Positions 24,101 through 38,101 of a DNA stretch of 64,000 nt are shown here, one piece after another. Numbering within the stretch: position 1 is the stretch's first letter; every line of letters begins with the position of its first letter. The DNA lies in contig JAQGDQ010000422.1 of NCBI GenBank assembly GCA_030141605.1, positions 137,862 to 201,861 of the forward strand. Reading direction: 5' to 3'. Origin of the DNA: Tubiluchus corallicola (taxonomy: Eukaryota > Animalia > Priapulida). The position numbers and the translations under genes are program-made. The notes below the pieces were generated by a model. The model searched no databases. It saw only the letters and a list, made by a program, of their open reading frames with translations, and was not told where the DNA came from.

Positions 24101-26819
24101 CATCTGATCAGTAAAATACTTTTCTTTGCTAAACTCAAGTAACTAAAATAAAGTAGATTTGTTCTTTCAATTTGCTTAACTTATAAGCATTTTCGGTGAT
24201 TTTTTTAAAATTTGATGAAAAGTATTCCGCATTCGATGCATAGAAAGATCTGCCACTACAAACCATGCGTATGTAAGCTGATTTACATAACAAAAAAAAA
24301 ACAGTGACAGCCACAACAGGGTTGTGGAGAAGTTTTCTGCCACGGAAGTTCATTTCCTCACTCATCAGGGACTTTTTCTTGGTGCTAAACGAGGAAGACC
24401 ACTTTCCCAGTCAAGGGGAACTGATCGTCAGCCGGAGTCCATGTATTTCATAGATATTCTATTGGTCACAGTTGTTACAGGATTATTGATTTTTTTAAGC
24501 ACATTTTCTGTTCCTCGTTGAAGCTGGTACTAGGCTTGCAACTAGGACACTGACTTAGTAATTATTTATATCAACCGGCACATCAAAAATATCACCTAGC
24601 TAGAATGAAGCTTCCTGATTTAGTGAAGCGTTGGCTGTTTAGAAATATAACACAAAAAGCTGAGACACTGTCAGTAACTAACTGGCAGTCATTCAGTAAA
24701 CCCTCTGACCAACTCACACTCAGTCTCTGGCAAGGCAGACTTTTAAACTGCTTCTAAGTTTTAGCATTCTTGCCTCATTGGGAAAATTATCCTTTATCAT
24801 AGTGATACATTTGGAACAGTCAAGTCACAAAAGGTGCTTTATCTTCGAAATAAGCGAACTTCGAAAACCAAACACGCAGTTCGGTGTATTTTCATCGGAT
24901 TCAACTTTAACTGTTGTAACTAACTCAATGTGCTACACCCCGATCATGAGCAAAACCGCAACATAAAATGACGCTATAACATAGTGTTGGATACAAAAAT
25001 GGATACATGGAAGTGCCTGTCTGGAGGTAGTCATAAGTTGTCTACGGGACTCTTGTGTCATTTCTATTTAAATTTTCAATTAGCATTCCTGAGCCAATGT
25101 CTCAGAACGTCAACATCGATGTATTGATGTGACATGACAAGTCTAATGTCAGGCTGCTGTTAAGTTCTTATTGAGTTTCTCTGGAGACTTCCGTTGTCAA
25201 CTTGGCATTCATATTTCAAGACTTCAAGACTTCAATTGATTCTCTAATTCAAGTCTTCAATAGATTCTCTAATTCAAGTTCTCAATGGATTCTCTAATTT
25301 CCTATACAGATCCGACTCCTTTATGTGTTTGTATGAAACGTTGCTGTTTTTAATTTAGCGATGCGTAGGCCCTGTTTTTTAGGGTGATTATGTAAAAAAG
25401 ACCCGCTTCAACTTACTTTAAACTATTTTGCATCATGGTCTGTCTTATCCAACTTATCCTGACCAAGTTTCAGAACGGTTTTAACCAGTTTTTTTCTAAT
25501 GTTCAGAACTTCTTATTGTACATGAATATATCTGCAGAATTATGACGTTCAAATTCATCCTGTTCCTTTGTTGATCAGGTAAACTTACCTGAACAACTGC
25601 CGGTGTTGTTGGTCATGTCTCTCACACTTGCCAGACCAGTGCAGAGAACGGTAGCAGTTTTGGACAGTATCGCTAATTGCCCTCGGTACGCTGATACTGA
25701 CTTATTTTATAGCTTTTATAGTTATAAGAGTCGATTGGCCTTATTTTATAAGTTTAGCTTTTTAGTTACTGCAAGAGTAGTTCTTTTTCATGTTTGACCA
25801 AATGTTAACATACCTCACTATTTCAAAACTCGCTTTCCTAAAACTATTGTAGAACTTCGTCATTATTGCTGCCATACTGTCTTATACCTTCTTTTGTGTC
25901 AAAAAAGGGAGGTTAAAAGAGCTTCTTATTTTAACGTTTTTATTTTCTTCTTTCTTTTCTTCAAAATCTTTTTCATTTTTATTTGTGAATAGTACCACTC
26001 TTGTCTGAAATTTGAGCGTGAACAGTTTTCGTGACCGTTTTAGAATTGAGATTCTCTTCAAGGGAGTCAATCACCGAACTTTGCCCTATAAATGAACTTA
26101 GTGCACGATTTTGGCTCTAGACTGTCATCTGTATATTAGACTAGCTCGTTTAGCGAGTTTTGCGCTGGTTAAAGGATGCCAATATACAAAATGCCAAGAG
26201 GTATTTAGTTCATGTGAATTCTATCCATCTCTCTTCTCTTGGTTCGGTCAGCTTGCAATTTGCAAAAGCGCATTTTCGTAATCTGCTGTGTGACCATTTT
26301 AACTCACTTCCCTACTTCCCGTTTACAAACCGTCAACAGGCTGGCTTGTTTTGCTGTTAACAGCTACTATTTTTAAAGCGTTGATCTAGGAGAAATTTGG
26401 CTGTAAATTTATCGAGGCAGCTCGAACTTTTTTTAATCTCTCGCTACTCATCGCCTGGAATTCCCCGCACGTTTTATCGCTTCCTAAACAATTTGCTCAA
26501 GAAGTGCACGCAGCTGTTTCCACGAGTCTCTCGGTTAATCCAGGCTTATGCATCAACTGAAATGCTTAAGGAGTGTCATTTAGTAAGATTTTCCAGATTA
26601 GCTGCATGGATACTTGAAATAATACTGAAGAAATGAACATCGGGGCGAGAAAATCATTTAAAATTCATTTACCGAGTGGAGAGCCAGTAAATCATGTTCA
26701 CGTCTGGGGAAGAAAACGGAATTTTGACGTGTATTCCAAAAAACTTTCCATACAACGTTATATTACTTAGCTAGGAGTGTGTTACAAATGTTCTGATGAT
26801 TTTTTAAAACTTTACTTAA

Positions 26820-27060
26820 TGTTTAAAACTTTACTTAATGTTATCTAAACTTGCTTCAAACCATTTACTGCTAAAATGGCCGCGGATCGTAGGGAGGGCG
26901 TAGATCGTAAATTTAAGCTGTCATCCTAGGAGTTTAAATTTACAAGTTTCATACAGCATTACTGCTAACGCTGACTCTGTATGCAGTAAGACGATGAGTA
27001 TATAAAATGAACCTTTTACGTTTTTTATGAAGAAAAATTTTGTTTTTCTTGTGCTTCAAA
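26820..27060 (-). mobile_element. Family B fragment
   Basis: aaaatggc..tcatcctaggagtttaaatttacaagtttcatacagcattactgc is the reverse complement of the family core. Confidence 0.55.
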
Positions 27061-28058
27061 ATTCATTTAGGTAGTGCGCAAAATCAATAAGTCATGCCTA
27101 CCTAAGCACATTATGTTTTCACTTGCTGATTATGGTTTGGGGTTATGTTTGTTATGGCTCCGAATTGTTTGTTTTCACAGTTTTTTTTGCTATGCTGCAT
27201 TAAACTGGTATTTTTGGCAAGACGTCAGTGGTCTTTAGTGCAATGAGGTTTACTGTGCTGCAACTTTAATGTAACGGGGTTTTGCTAACGTAATAGAATG
27301 GGGTGTGTAATGGTATTACATTTGTTAATATAATGTGATGTAACGTAACATAACCTAACGTTTAGTTCATCACAGTTTGAATATAGCGAAGTATGTAATG
27401 GGGTTTACTTTGTTACAACAAAGTGTTACTAAAGTAGGGCTTAAATTTGTGTAGTTTTTGAGATCATTGATTCTAACTCTTTGTGGACTTAAATACTGAA
27501 TTGAGAATTTAGTAATTTAGTATATTAATTTATCTGCATTTTTATGTTACTAAACGGGAAACTTGCTTCAGTAATAACCTTGATTTTAGCACTAACTTTA
27601 ATACTCCTTGTTTAACATCATCTTATACACACAAATTAAAAAAAATAATTACAAAATGCGTGACATGTAATATGTAGAACTCACTCTGTCTAGTGTCTAC
27701 GTAAAATTGTATGTTTGTAATGAAATTTTTGCCTGCAAAAAAGGCTAATAAACATTTATCATCATCATCATCACCAATTTGTTACAACAGAGAATTATAC
27801 AAAACCTGAGAACTTGCTGCCCTTATAGTTCGGACAATGACGGATTGCAGAGGTTGCTTAGCAATTTATTGCGTTTACACTTATTATAAATATTTAATAC
27901 ACATTGCTCTGTACTTTATTGTAGTCACTACAATAGCTTGATTGAAGCATCATCCAATTAAACAAATGCGAATCTTGCGTGGACGCTTGGTCCGCTGGTC
28001 GTGCGGTGGTAAACCGATAAATCACTACTTATTTTCTCTAAAAAACTGAAAACCTGAC

Positions 28059-28300
28059 GGCGTGTTCACACTAGAGAATTTTCTCGGTAAGTAAACTTAT
28101 CGAGTAATTCGCAAACGAGTTACTCTCCGACAGCAAGCACCAGCTTATATTCCCTTCTCTATTCACTGCGAGAAGTGTCGAGAGTAACTTGCCGAAGCGT
28201 TCACACTAGACAGTAACTCGCAGCAATTTCTTGCCGACTGTAGCTTGCAAAGCAGTTCACACTTGCTTTCAGAAAGAAAACTCACTAGTCTGAACTCGCC
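28059..28300. mobile_element. PIF/Harbinger-like MITE
   Basis: TIR ggcgtgttcacactag / ctagtctgaactcgcc and internal gttcacact repeats. A partial inverted relative lies at about 51612-51748. Confidence 0.7.
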
Positions 28301-30914
28301 ATAAGAGCGCCGCGCAAGAAACATTTTAAAACATATCAATCAAGCCAGTTGCAAACAAAATTTGTTAACAGAATGACCGGAAATTATAATTTCCTTGTAT
28401 TAACTTTTTGTTAGCGTACCGTGACACGGATGCAATTTTTGCCAAGATACAGAGGCCATGATTTTGCCTTCTCAGTCACGTTCCGATAATTTCGCAAAAA
28501 AGTCCGTCTACAAAACGTTATTAAAATAATTAAACCATTAATGAATGAGCATATCCATTTCAGAATTTCTTCCATATAATTAGTAAGAAACACGCAAAAT
28601 AGAAATGTACCATTTTAAAGTTAATGAAACACAGTACCTTTTAAAGACGCAAACAGTCTTCATTATACCATGTCACACGCATGAGGACAACGGCACGCGT
28701 GCTATTGCTATTTTTAAACAGCAAAAGTTGAATATGCCAGAGTTCTGATATGCTTGATCCGGATTTGATATCAAATACCTGGTGAAAATCCGTGCAAAAT
28801 TGCTTTGATGTTGAACCTGAATGCAGGCGAAGTACTGACATGCTTTAAAGCTGCATATAGAGTAATTTGGTATTTACTCAGTAAAAAATAATAATTCTTA
28901 TCGCTGCATACTGTTAGGCTGTATTTTGTAATGTGCTGTTTACACCATGACGGCAGCAGCAACAAAAATGATTACTGAACATTAGTTTATTGCCTATAAG
29001 TTAATCAGGGACATGAGGTTTAAAATAAAATAGACTTTATTGGCGCCATCTATAGTCCGCAATTTGAAAATTCACTTTATTATACGAATTTTACCATTTA
29101 TTTGTTTAACGATTTCTGTGGAGAAGTAGTTTGTCTTTTATTCTAAAAGCAGAGCATCGAAATTCGGTTAGAAAAAAAATCAGTTTAGTGTTGTTGTGTA
29201 AGATACACATTTCGTTCCTAGCTGTAAATGAAACACAAAAAGACAAGAATCAAAACGACGTAGCAAATAATAATTGTTGCAATAGAAAACGATACAAAAC
29301 GACAAATCTTATAAATTCGTTTGACTTCTCATTATAAGTTAATGGAATGTAAATATATCGTTCTAGCTGTAGATAAATCACATTCTAAGCTTATTATACG
29401 GTACTAACACTTTTACATACCATCAAAGCTAATTACTTTGCAAAGACAGGTACATGCCTTACACTACATGATAACTGTTTTCCAGTCCCTAAACGGCGGG
29501 TTTTTATACTGTGGGCCCATCTAAACGAATTTGGTATTCTTTCAAAAAGCATTTTGTGGTTACTAATTACAAAGAAAAAGGATTTAATATCCTGTAAAAT
29601 TGAGCCTGTCACGTAAGATCAGTGAACAAAATAGTTTGAAATTATTCTAATACAGCCTATTACGTTCACACTGTGTCTAAGCTATAGCAAATATTAATTA
29701 AAACCGGATTGCCGTTTCCAACAATTTCATACATTCACAATTCTCTTATGTCATAAGCTGCAGCTCAACTCATTTCCTCTTACATACGTTGACATCTTGA
29801 TAGTTAGCCTGGTGTCAAGAATCATTACATCGATCCGCTGGGTAGTTTGAAAAACAAATTTTGCTATTTTGTGTGAAAAATTGATGCGGATGATTGCCAG
29901 AAAAATTGATGCGAGTGCAAATGAAATTTGCCTCCTCATGAAAGTCGTCTGTTGTCAGACGAGGCAGGAAAATGATTGCATTAGTCTAAAAACGTCAAAA
30001 TTTGCAAGTCTTCACGACTGTCAGACGTATGCGTTTGGCCAAAAGTTTCTGTGATGTTGCAATAATGGTAAACAGATTCTAATGGCGATCATGCAGTGCT
30101 CGTACATGGTGCATCGGAATATTTTGAGTTTAAAGGAAAAGACAAGTCACTTAGCATATTGGGTTTATTTTACTGTTATCACTTAAACTTAGAAAAATAT
30201 AACAAACAAATTTGCAAAAATGCTGTCTATAAAGCATAAACTTAATTTATGTTACCGTTGTACAGATATTTTCAGGCGCGGTGGTGTCCGTCATTCACTT
30301 GAAAATTATGACGTAACTGGTGGATTTCGTGACTTTTTGTAAGCGCATCGTGGCTTTCCGAAAGCGTGTTTCAAAACTTATACTATTTCAAACTTCTGCA
30401 TGTTATCTAATGTTGATGCAAAAATATCACAATCTAATTTTTGTAAAAACTTATTATGCTTTTGACGTAAATTGACAAGGTGCTGCTTTGTTTCAGACAC
30501 TCAATGACGTCATTGGTGGAAGACTAGGCGTTTAAAATTTGAGCGCTCGAGTGTGAAATTATCTCGACTTTAAAATGGTCTTACTAATTACACGAGGCGC
30601 TTATCACACTTTTATTACAAAATCATTTTTACGTTTTTCACGAACATTGAAATAAGCTTCACTCTTCCCACAAGGTGAGGGCTTTCCTTTAAGCTTTCAC
30701 CCCACGTTTTCAAATTGACATAATGCTAAAAATACCGTTTCTGGCATAAATCAAAGCTAATTTCTGTGATGTGAACATTTCTAGTTTAGAGTTTAGTTAT
30801 GTACAAGTTTAATTGAAAATGTACAAGTTTTGGATTACAGTTGTGAACGAGGTTAAGTTCCACAAAGTGCTTTTCTAGAGGCTGCGATTATTACTATATT
30901 ACTACAAAAATAAT

Positions 30915-31448
30915 TGTTGTTGTTGTTGGCATCCTTCTGTCTCGGAAGACAATGGAGTGTGCGCCAAGAGAGTCAGTTATTGATCACATTGATGGAGCTG
31001 CAGCGTCTACTGTGGCTGAGCAGTGCGATCCTTGAACGTCTCCAGGGCGCACGCCTGGGCAAGGTGTATGAAGATCCTGCATTGCCCAGACAACAGGAAC
31101 CCCCTCTCTTCCTCGCTGGTGTAGTCCAAAGGAAAGCGGAGCGATACGTTTGGCACTAGGTTGGCTGCAGGAGCTGCCGGAGTCAGTGAGCATGGCTCCA
31201 CTCCTGATTTGGAAGGTTTACTCCTCTACACATGGCCAATGGGTCACTTGACCTCCTCCGCCCTCTAGTCGTTGGCTACTTGTGCAGCTCCTCCGCCTAA
31301 TGTCGAGATACAGTGTGGGCATCCCGCAAGCCTACAGCACCTGGTATTCTTAGGCGGTCACCCATCCAAGTACTAACCAGGCTCTACGTTGCTTAACTTC
31401 AGTGATCAGACGAGAAACGGTGTTTTCAACATGATTATGCCGTAGCTC
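30915..31448 (-). mobile_element. Full-length 5S rRNA-headed SINE (SINE3 type) with RTE-like body and (CAA)n tail
   Basis: Complete 5S-like head (31446 to 31328), about 400-nt body, (CAA)n tail. Flanked by direct repeat caaaaataat at 30905-30914 and 31449-31458. Confidence 0.88.
31328..31446 (-). pseudogene. 5S rRNA-derived sequence (SINE head, not a standalone 5S gene)
   Basis: Minus strand reads gctacggcataatcatgttgaaaacaccgtttctcgtctgatcactgaagttaagcaacgtagagcctggttagtacttggatgggtgaccgcctaagaataccaggtgctgtaggctt. No oligo-T terminator follows. Confidence 0.9.
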
Positions 31449-32074
31449 CAAAAATAATATTTCTACGTTATGCCATTATTTCGCTTTTTTCCAAACATGT
31501 AACTTCGTATAGGCCTATTTGTTGGTATTTATGTGGCGTAATCTTTTGTACCACCCTGTAGATTTAATGCAAACCTTTAACTTACTTTTCTTTAATCATG
31601 CATGCTTATTCATGGTAAAATTCGGTCTGCTAAGTGACTTTTTTGCCACTGTAAATCCAGCAAAACAGAGTATTCACTCGTTCATTCTTGGTTATTCATT
31701 GTTTCTTGTGATACAACTTTGCAATGAAATAAAATAATTTTTCATCAAACAACATGCAGGAGATAGCTTTTTATTCCACCTAAATAATCATTTTATCTCG
31801 AATGTGAACATCATTTCTTTCAATCTGCCCTGTAAGATTGAGAATGTTTTCATTTGTCTGCATGAGATTCATAGATGTCGGAAGCGATGACGCGTGATAT
31901 TGTTTCGCAATCTCCTGTTGATACTGTCAAACTTTGGCTTGCTGCAGAGTAAATACAGTTGACAACCTTCATAGGTTAATGGCCGGTTGACTTGTAAGTT
32001 GTTGGCGCAAATGGACGTGATTTTTCCTTTCCAGTTGCTTTTTTCATTGACATCGACCTCCAGTTTGTTTGGTC

Positions 32075-32447
32075 ATCGAACGTTCGAGTACGAGTCGAAT
32101 GGTTATTTTTAGTTGAAATTCGATTCGAACCTAAAATTATAGATTCGAATAATTCAGCACCATACGGTCTTTGTGATTAAAACGTTTGAAATAGCATGCG
32201 ATCAGCGCAATTTAGCTGCGATTTCTGTGCACAATTTTTGAACAAATTACAGTATACATGTACATGTTTTTACTGCAAAACAAGTTCAAGTAATATGCAC
32301 GAATTGAAACCCTGTTTTATCAGTGTCTCCAAATTCTTTAGAATTCGATTTGGATTCCAAATCTCGAAATTCGGTTTCATTCGAGTTCGAAAGTCACAAA
32401 ATCGATTCGATTAGAATTCGTTTTCTGGTAGAGAATGCTCATCCCTA
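32075..32447 (-). mobile_element. Second copy of the TTCGAA-rich MITE
   Basis: Reverse-complement homology to 2299-2640 (ctggtagagaatgctcatcccta vs tagggctaagcattctccaccag). Confidence 0.7.
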
Positions 32448-33708
32448 TTTTTTAGACAGTAAACTTCTTGAGGTGCATTCAAGTAATCTCTAAAATGCAG
32501 TGCATCTCAACCAGCGTCATCTACCGGCTGCATTCTGCATCAAGGCTCTTTCATCGAGGTTAAAAGTTTGATTAGGAGGGGACCAGTTAATTAGTCATGA
32601 TTTTTAAAAATAATACAAATATGAATTAGGTGTATTTGTCATCATTGCAGCCAAAAGCTTGAATTACAGCACAGCATAAAATTACAAAATATGAAATTTT
32701 TTAAAAGAATGAGCAAGTTAGAACGTACAGCAACAAGCAGTATTACACTGTTACAAGATACATGGACGAAATAGATTAAAATGAGTCTAAACTCATGTTC
32801 AGAAATTAAATAAACCATATGAGATAAAACTGTTCTTGAATGTGTCTGTTCTGCTTCTAGGTTAGGTGTATTTCAGATTGTGGCCAGTACTATATCTGTG
32901 AGTATGGTCATCTGGCAATAGACTGTGGATTTTATTATTAGGATTTTTATTGATAAGAACAACTTTCTGCAAGAATTTTGGCGACGGTTAAATAAAGGTT
33001 GAAGATTAGCCAAAATACAATCATTTATTTACTTTTGGTTTAGAAAAATTATTTTCAGTGAGCGTTTTTAGCAGTTTCTAGAAATGTCAAAACACTGATT
33101 TCGATCAAGATAAACAAATCTTTAAAATTACGGTGGTGAAAAACGTGCTCCCATTGTTTCATTCTAATTTCTCCATTTATTAAGAAAGTTTTTGAATTAA
33201 AATTGTACAAACACTAACGCAATTTTAGTTTACCCGTGTCCTTTATAATTTATTTTATAACGTTTTTCATGAAAGGCACGATATCAGTGCAAACTTGGGA
33301 AGCAGATGAAAGCATGTTCTAATGTAAACAAACCCGCCTGTAAGCGTTTAAATTTTTCTAACATCTTGAAGGTTATATCCATCATCCCTCTGGTTTTAAT
33401 AGAGGAAACTAGGAGACGAGTGATTATGTGTTTTGCGATGTTTTTATCGCTGGCCTTCGTAAAGAAACCACTACTCAGAAGCCACTGCTGCTGCTAGCTG
33501 CACTATTTTATCGGTCACGCGTCTCGACGCTAATCGTGTCAATATCAGATTGACTGACATTTTCAAAGGATTTGGAGAAATTAGTTCGCTCAGTCAACAC
33601 ACATGCCTCAATTGCTGTTTCTTTTCCATGTATTGAAATTACTGAAATTACTCGATTATGGATGGACGTGCACTCCCTCACGTAGTTTCCTTGGTACGTG
33701 CTTTCTTT

Positions 33709-34190
33709 TTAAAGGGGAAGAAAGGGTAGTTTTAAATTACGTCCAAAAAGCTTTCCATGCAAATGTCCGTGCATTACTTTGCATTGCATTTATCTGTTTG
33801 AATGACTCAAGTAACTAGAAAACAAAATTCTTAATAATTTAAATGTTGGCGTCAGTTGGTAAAGCGTCACTGTTGCACTATCCCAGTGTGCACCACTGGC
33901 TCACCACAAAACACATTATTGTCCTTATAGACAATATAAAGTAACTCATACTTTTGCTTAGTTAGTGCTACGAATGCTCTGATTATTTTTTCAGACTTCA
34001 TTCGGTGTTATATAAACTTGTTTCAATAAACTTAGCGTTAAAATGGCTGAGCTTAACAGTCATCGCGGGAGTTTTAATTTTCAAGATTTATACAGCATTA
34101 CTCCTAAGGCAAGCCCTAATGAGACAACATGTAAGTGGTGTAAAACTTCAAGCTTTATTTATAAAGAATGTTTTCTCGTGCTTTAATTCT
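33709..34190 (-). mobile_element. Family B copy
   Basis: Begins ttaa-agggga; carries the reverse-complement core aaaatggctg..tcatcgcgggagttt. Confidence 0.6.
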
Positions 34191-34679
34191 ATTGAATTTA
34201 AAAACAGTTTGCTTGACAAGACTTGTCCGTAGTTGAGCAGGTGAAGTAAACGCGACAATGAAAATGGGCTGAACAATCTACAGCTGGCCTGTATTCTACA
34301 TGCCCAAACTTCCATAGGATACGATTGTTCTTGTGATGTAAACCGGTTAGATTTTTTTATTGTTATCGTGTTTACCTGGTAAATAGAACCGGATTTTCGC
34401 TTGATTTTTTTTCTTTTAAAACCAAATGTCCTTGCTAGTAGCCATGCCATGTAACCAAGCTCCTTTACGCTTCTCATTTCCATGGAATGTAATAGTACAT
34501 CTAATGATTTTAGATCTACGAGATGGATATTATGATTTACACTCATTGATTCCATCGATGAAAGTTTGGAAGCGTCGTTGTAATAGTACTTTTCCAAAAA
34601 CATTTCCAGAATAACAGATTTACCTTTTTTCCAAATCCTATCGTTAATTCCAGAACAAGCAAGCTAAAACAAATTGGGA

Positions 34680-34820
34680 CAAATACCCACTACGGAACGA
34701 ACTCTGTAATCAAGCAAGCAATTCTACTTTGGAATTCTCTACCTTTACAGGTTAAACAAATCAAGTCCCTATCAGCATTTAAAGCAAAATTAAAATCGCT
34801 AATATTAAACAGATATGAAA
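34680..34820 (+). mobile_element. L2/CR1-clade LINE ORF2 C-terminal remnant
   Basis: THYGTNSVIKQAILLWNSLPLQVKQIKSLSAFKAKLK (WNxLP...FK..LK motif). AATAAA and a simple-repeat tail follow at about 35083-35120. Confidence 0.7.
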
Positions 34821-35447
34821 TACCAGCACACCAGTACGACAACATACACACTAATTCAGAATTTGTATATCCACGGCCATATTAATTAAATCATAATTTT
34901 TTATTTTTTTGTGCATAGTTGTAAATATGTTTGATTTTATTCGTCGTTACTTTCCATTACTGCACAGTAGTTTAGATTGCACTGGCGCATTTGCCTTTAG
35001 CAGTGTAAGTTTTTATTAATTAACGCTGATTGATCATCTCTTTAAAGTTTTTATCAGTGATTATCAATGTATTTTAATGGCAAATAAAGATTATCATATA
35101 TATATATTATCATATATATCTCAATGCTGCTATGCAGAAATATATATATATATATATATATTTCAATTTTCTTTTATGTAATAAGGGCCAGTTTTCGCGG
35201 AAATCTTGTTAAATTTGACTTTGCAAATGCCAGTATTCTTTTTTTGCGAAATTGCACATTCACTGATTTTTAGTACATTTCTATTCCTTTCAGCAATTTT
35301 CTAGATAATTTCATTTTTACTGAAATGATCTCTATTGAATTCGCTCTTGATCAGCTTGTTACACTGCTTAAATATGGATCTGTCAGAATACGAAGTTTTG
35401 ATTCAAATTGCGGTATATCTCAGGGCTGCTATGCAGAAAATGGGTAT

Positions 35448-36059
35448 TTAAAGGAAGACATGATGATTTTTCACATATTATTAAGTCTGATAAAAAGTAT
35501 ACATTTTAACATAGTTAATACTGCAAAAGCGTTCTGATAATTAAATAATGGATTAAAAACTTAATTAACGGCGGGCGAGCCCAACTATTGATGATATCAC
35601 AAACTAACATAATTTTCAACAGCAAAAATATTCCACGAGCGTATTGCACGTGTTTGCGAAAGTGAAAATTGAAGTACAGTGCTACTGTAAGGTATTCAGT
35701 GTGTTATGCTAAAACTAGGCAAATTTTAAGATAAAAATTCCAGTTTCAAGTTAACTGCTGTCCTCACGCATGAGCTGTCGAACGTGTGTAGTTCGTCACA
35801 AACTAACACATCTGAACTGAGAGGTACAGCACCTGTTTTTGTGCAATGGGTTTCCGAAATGCAGACGCTATTGCCCGTCTAACTAGCGAAAGGCGAAATG
35901 CAACAGCGAAGAAGTAGTGGCGCGAACGTGAAATTGTGTTTGTTTGATAATAATTCTTTCACGTAAGGCATTCTGGAAAAATGGTACGTTTCCTTTCAAC
36001 ATTTTAAAGAGTAAATTATTTTGATCTACAGTTTAACATTGGGCCCGGTTTTGCTTTAA
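35448..36059 (+). mobile_element. TTAA-flanked non-autonomous DNA transposon (Kolobok-like), copy 1
   Basis: ttaa-AG...CT-ttaa ends; full-length inverted homologue at 41299-41817. Confidence 0.75.
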
Positions 36060-36744
36060 GAGTTGGGCTAATCATCATATCAGGGCTGCAACTGCAGTTG
36101 TTGTCAATAGCGATGGCAACAGTTATTAGTCATTTTTGGCACCTATATATATATCTAATACTTTATGAACGAACGTTCAGTTGTGACGTCTCTCCTTGAG
36201 GTAGTGAGCACCGTTATAGCCGGAACGGATGCTGAGTATGTGAGCATTGAGTGTGTGGGCACCAAGACACGTCAGTTTGCTCATTCGTTCACGTGGTATT
36301 TTAGTTTTTAATCTTGTGTGACAAAAACGCCTGCGCATTTTTTCATCATGACTTTTCAATTCATTAAACCCGGAGATGATTTCCGCTGAGTTTCATTAAA
36401 TCGTTGCATTTTTTACAAAGCTCATATTGAATTGCAAATCTATGTCTACTAAGCAGTTTAATCTACAATCAAAGAGAGAATTAAATTGAGCTGAGTACCT
36501 GTCGGCACTCTTGATTACGCACATGTTCTGCTCTGCTATAGGCTTCAGCACATCACTGCAAGAACACTCAGCAATCATATTTTGGGGCCAGCATAACTAA
36601 TCTCTTTATTAGCTGGCTTTTACTGTTATTATGCAGAGTATCTGCCAGCCTATTAGTTTCAATCACTAACGGGATAAAGCAGGGTGATAAGACAACAGGC
36701 AATAGCCTATGGAAAATGACAACGACCGGTAACTGATAACGTTG

Positions 36745-37103
36745 AATAAAAATTGTAAGTTTAAAGTCCCGCAATGACCGCTAGGCGGAGCCATTTTAAC
36801 GGTAAATCGATTGAAACAAGTTTATGTACTCTTAACATTAGGTAAAGTGTATTTAGGTAATCATATCATTCGTAGCACCTACTTCACTAACTAAGCAGAA
36901 GATTAAATTCCTTTGTATTGTCAGTAAAATTAATGATGTGTTTTTGGTGAATCAGTGGTGCACACTGGGTGGTGATGCATTACTGTTTTACCAGGATTAT
37001 TGTGAATTATAAAGCATTTTTTCTTCAATTACATAAGTCTTTGAAACAGATAGGCGTAATAATACTAAGTATTTTTGGACATTCTTTAAATTTCCCCTTT
37101 TAA
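36745..37103 (+). mobile_element. Family B copy
   Basis: tcccgcaatgaccgctaggcggagccattttaacggtaa..tgaaacaagttt; ends ccccttttaa. Confidence 0.6.
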
Positions 37104-38101
37104 AAATATCTATACCATGTTTAGTATGTAAATTTTTATATATGGTAGGTCAGTACTGATAAAATTAATTTCTCTTGGCCAACTTTTTACTTTCTTGCAA
37201 ACTAGTTAGTTGGATGGATCAGATTTTAATGAGAACTTTATTAATGTCGCTTCTCAGATTTCTGCCTAATCATGTTTTACATCATAGTTTTTTTGTACAT
37301 CTGATACGAATGCTAGTGGCGGACCGTTGCGGTACACAGTTTATTTATTTATTCACTAATATTATTACCACCTACACGTGACCCTATGTACAGAAAAACA
37401 ACTTTAAAAAGGAATCCAGTATACAGTTACAGTTACAGACAAAAGAGGAAAATGCGAATGAAATTTATGATAAAACGGTACATGCCGTTTCCCAGTGTTA
37501 TGGGGATTGTCTTGATTGTCTACCTCAATACAATTGTCTATGATGTAGTCCCTTCCTCTTTCTGTTTCCCTTAGAAGCTGCGTGGCAATAAATGTGACGG
37601 AGAAGACACGTATTTATGAGTTACCGCATCTTCCTGCGGCTGCAGAGTTATAATTTATCTGCAAGCGTGATGGTGATTCATTGTCACTGAGTTACCGTCA
37701 ATATTACTTGCTTATGCTAAAACATGGTACAGTATTGTGGGTCATGGGATTCTTTACAAAAACAATGTATGAGAATTACTGAAAATATGCGGAACGAAAA
37801 ACGACAGGGACGCTTGATGAATAGCAACAGGAATTGCTGTCGTTATTGCGGAACCTTTTGTAACACTATACGTGTCACGAACGGCACGATAGAGGTATGA
37901 GTACTAGGTCTACTGGGAGTGCAATAGTAGATCAAATGATTAACCTTATGGTGTTTTAAGCTGATGGGTGAGTCAGTGCTAATACACAGTGGCACTTCAG
38001 GTGATCAAGAGTGATTTATGAGATAATAATGAAAAGTCTGTGCATTGACTGTACGTGTATTCTTTGTCTTTTCAATCAAGCGCCAATTAATAAACAACTT
38101 A

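Noticed and set aside
25560-25585. Possible recursive splice site (cag|gtaaac) in the giant intron
   Set aside because: Weak match of a kind expected by chance in 28 kb of AT-rich DNA; no supporting evidence.
24300-26650. Moderately GC-richer stretch that might be a nested gene in VAT1 intron 3
   Set aside because: No sustained open frame or recognisable domain by eye; probably decayed retroelement sequence. blastx would be needed to exclude a gene.
30914-31201. ORFs shared with 48060-48486, suggesting a duplicated small gene
   Set aside because: They are translations of the SINE body.
31328-31446. Functional 5S rRNA gene
   Set aside because: Single copy with substitutions and no oligo-T terminator, fused to a retroposon body and inside a TSD.
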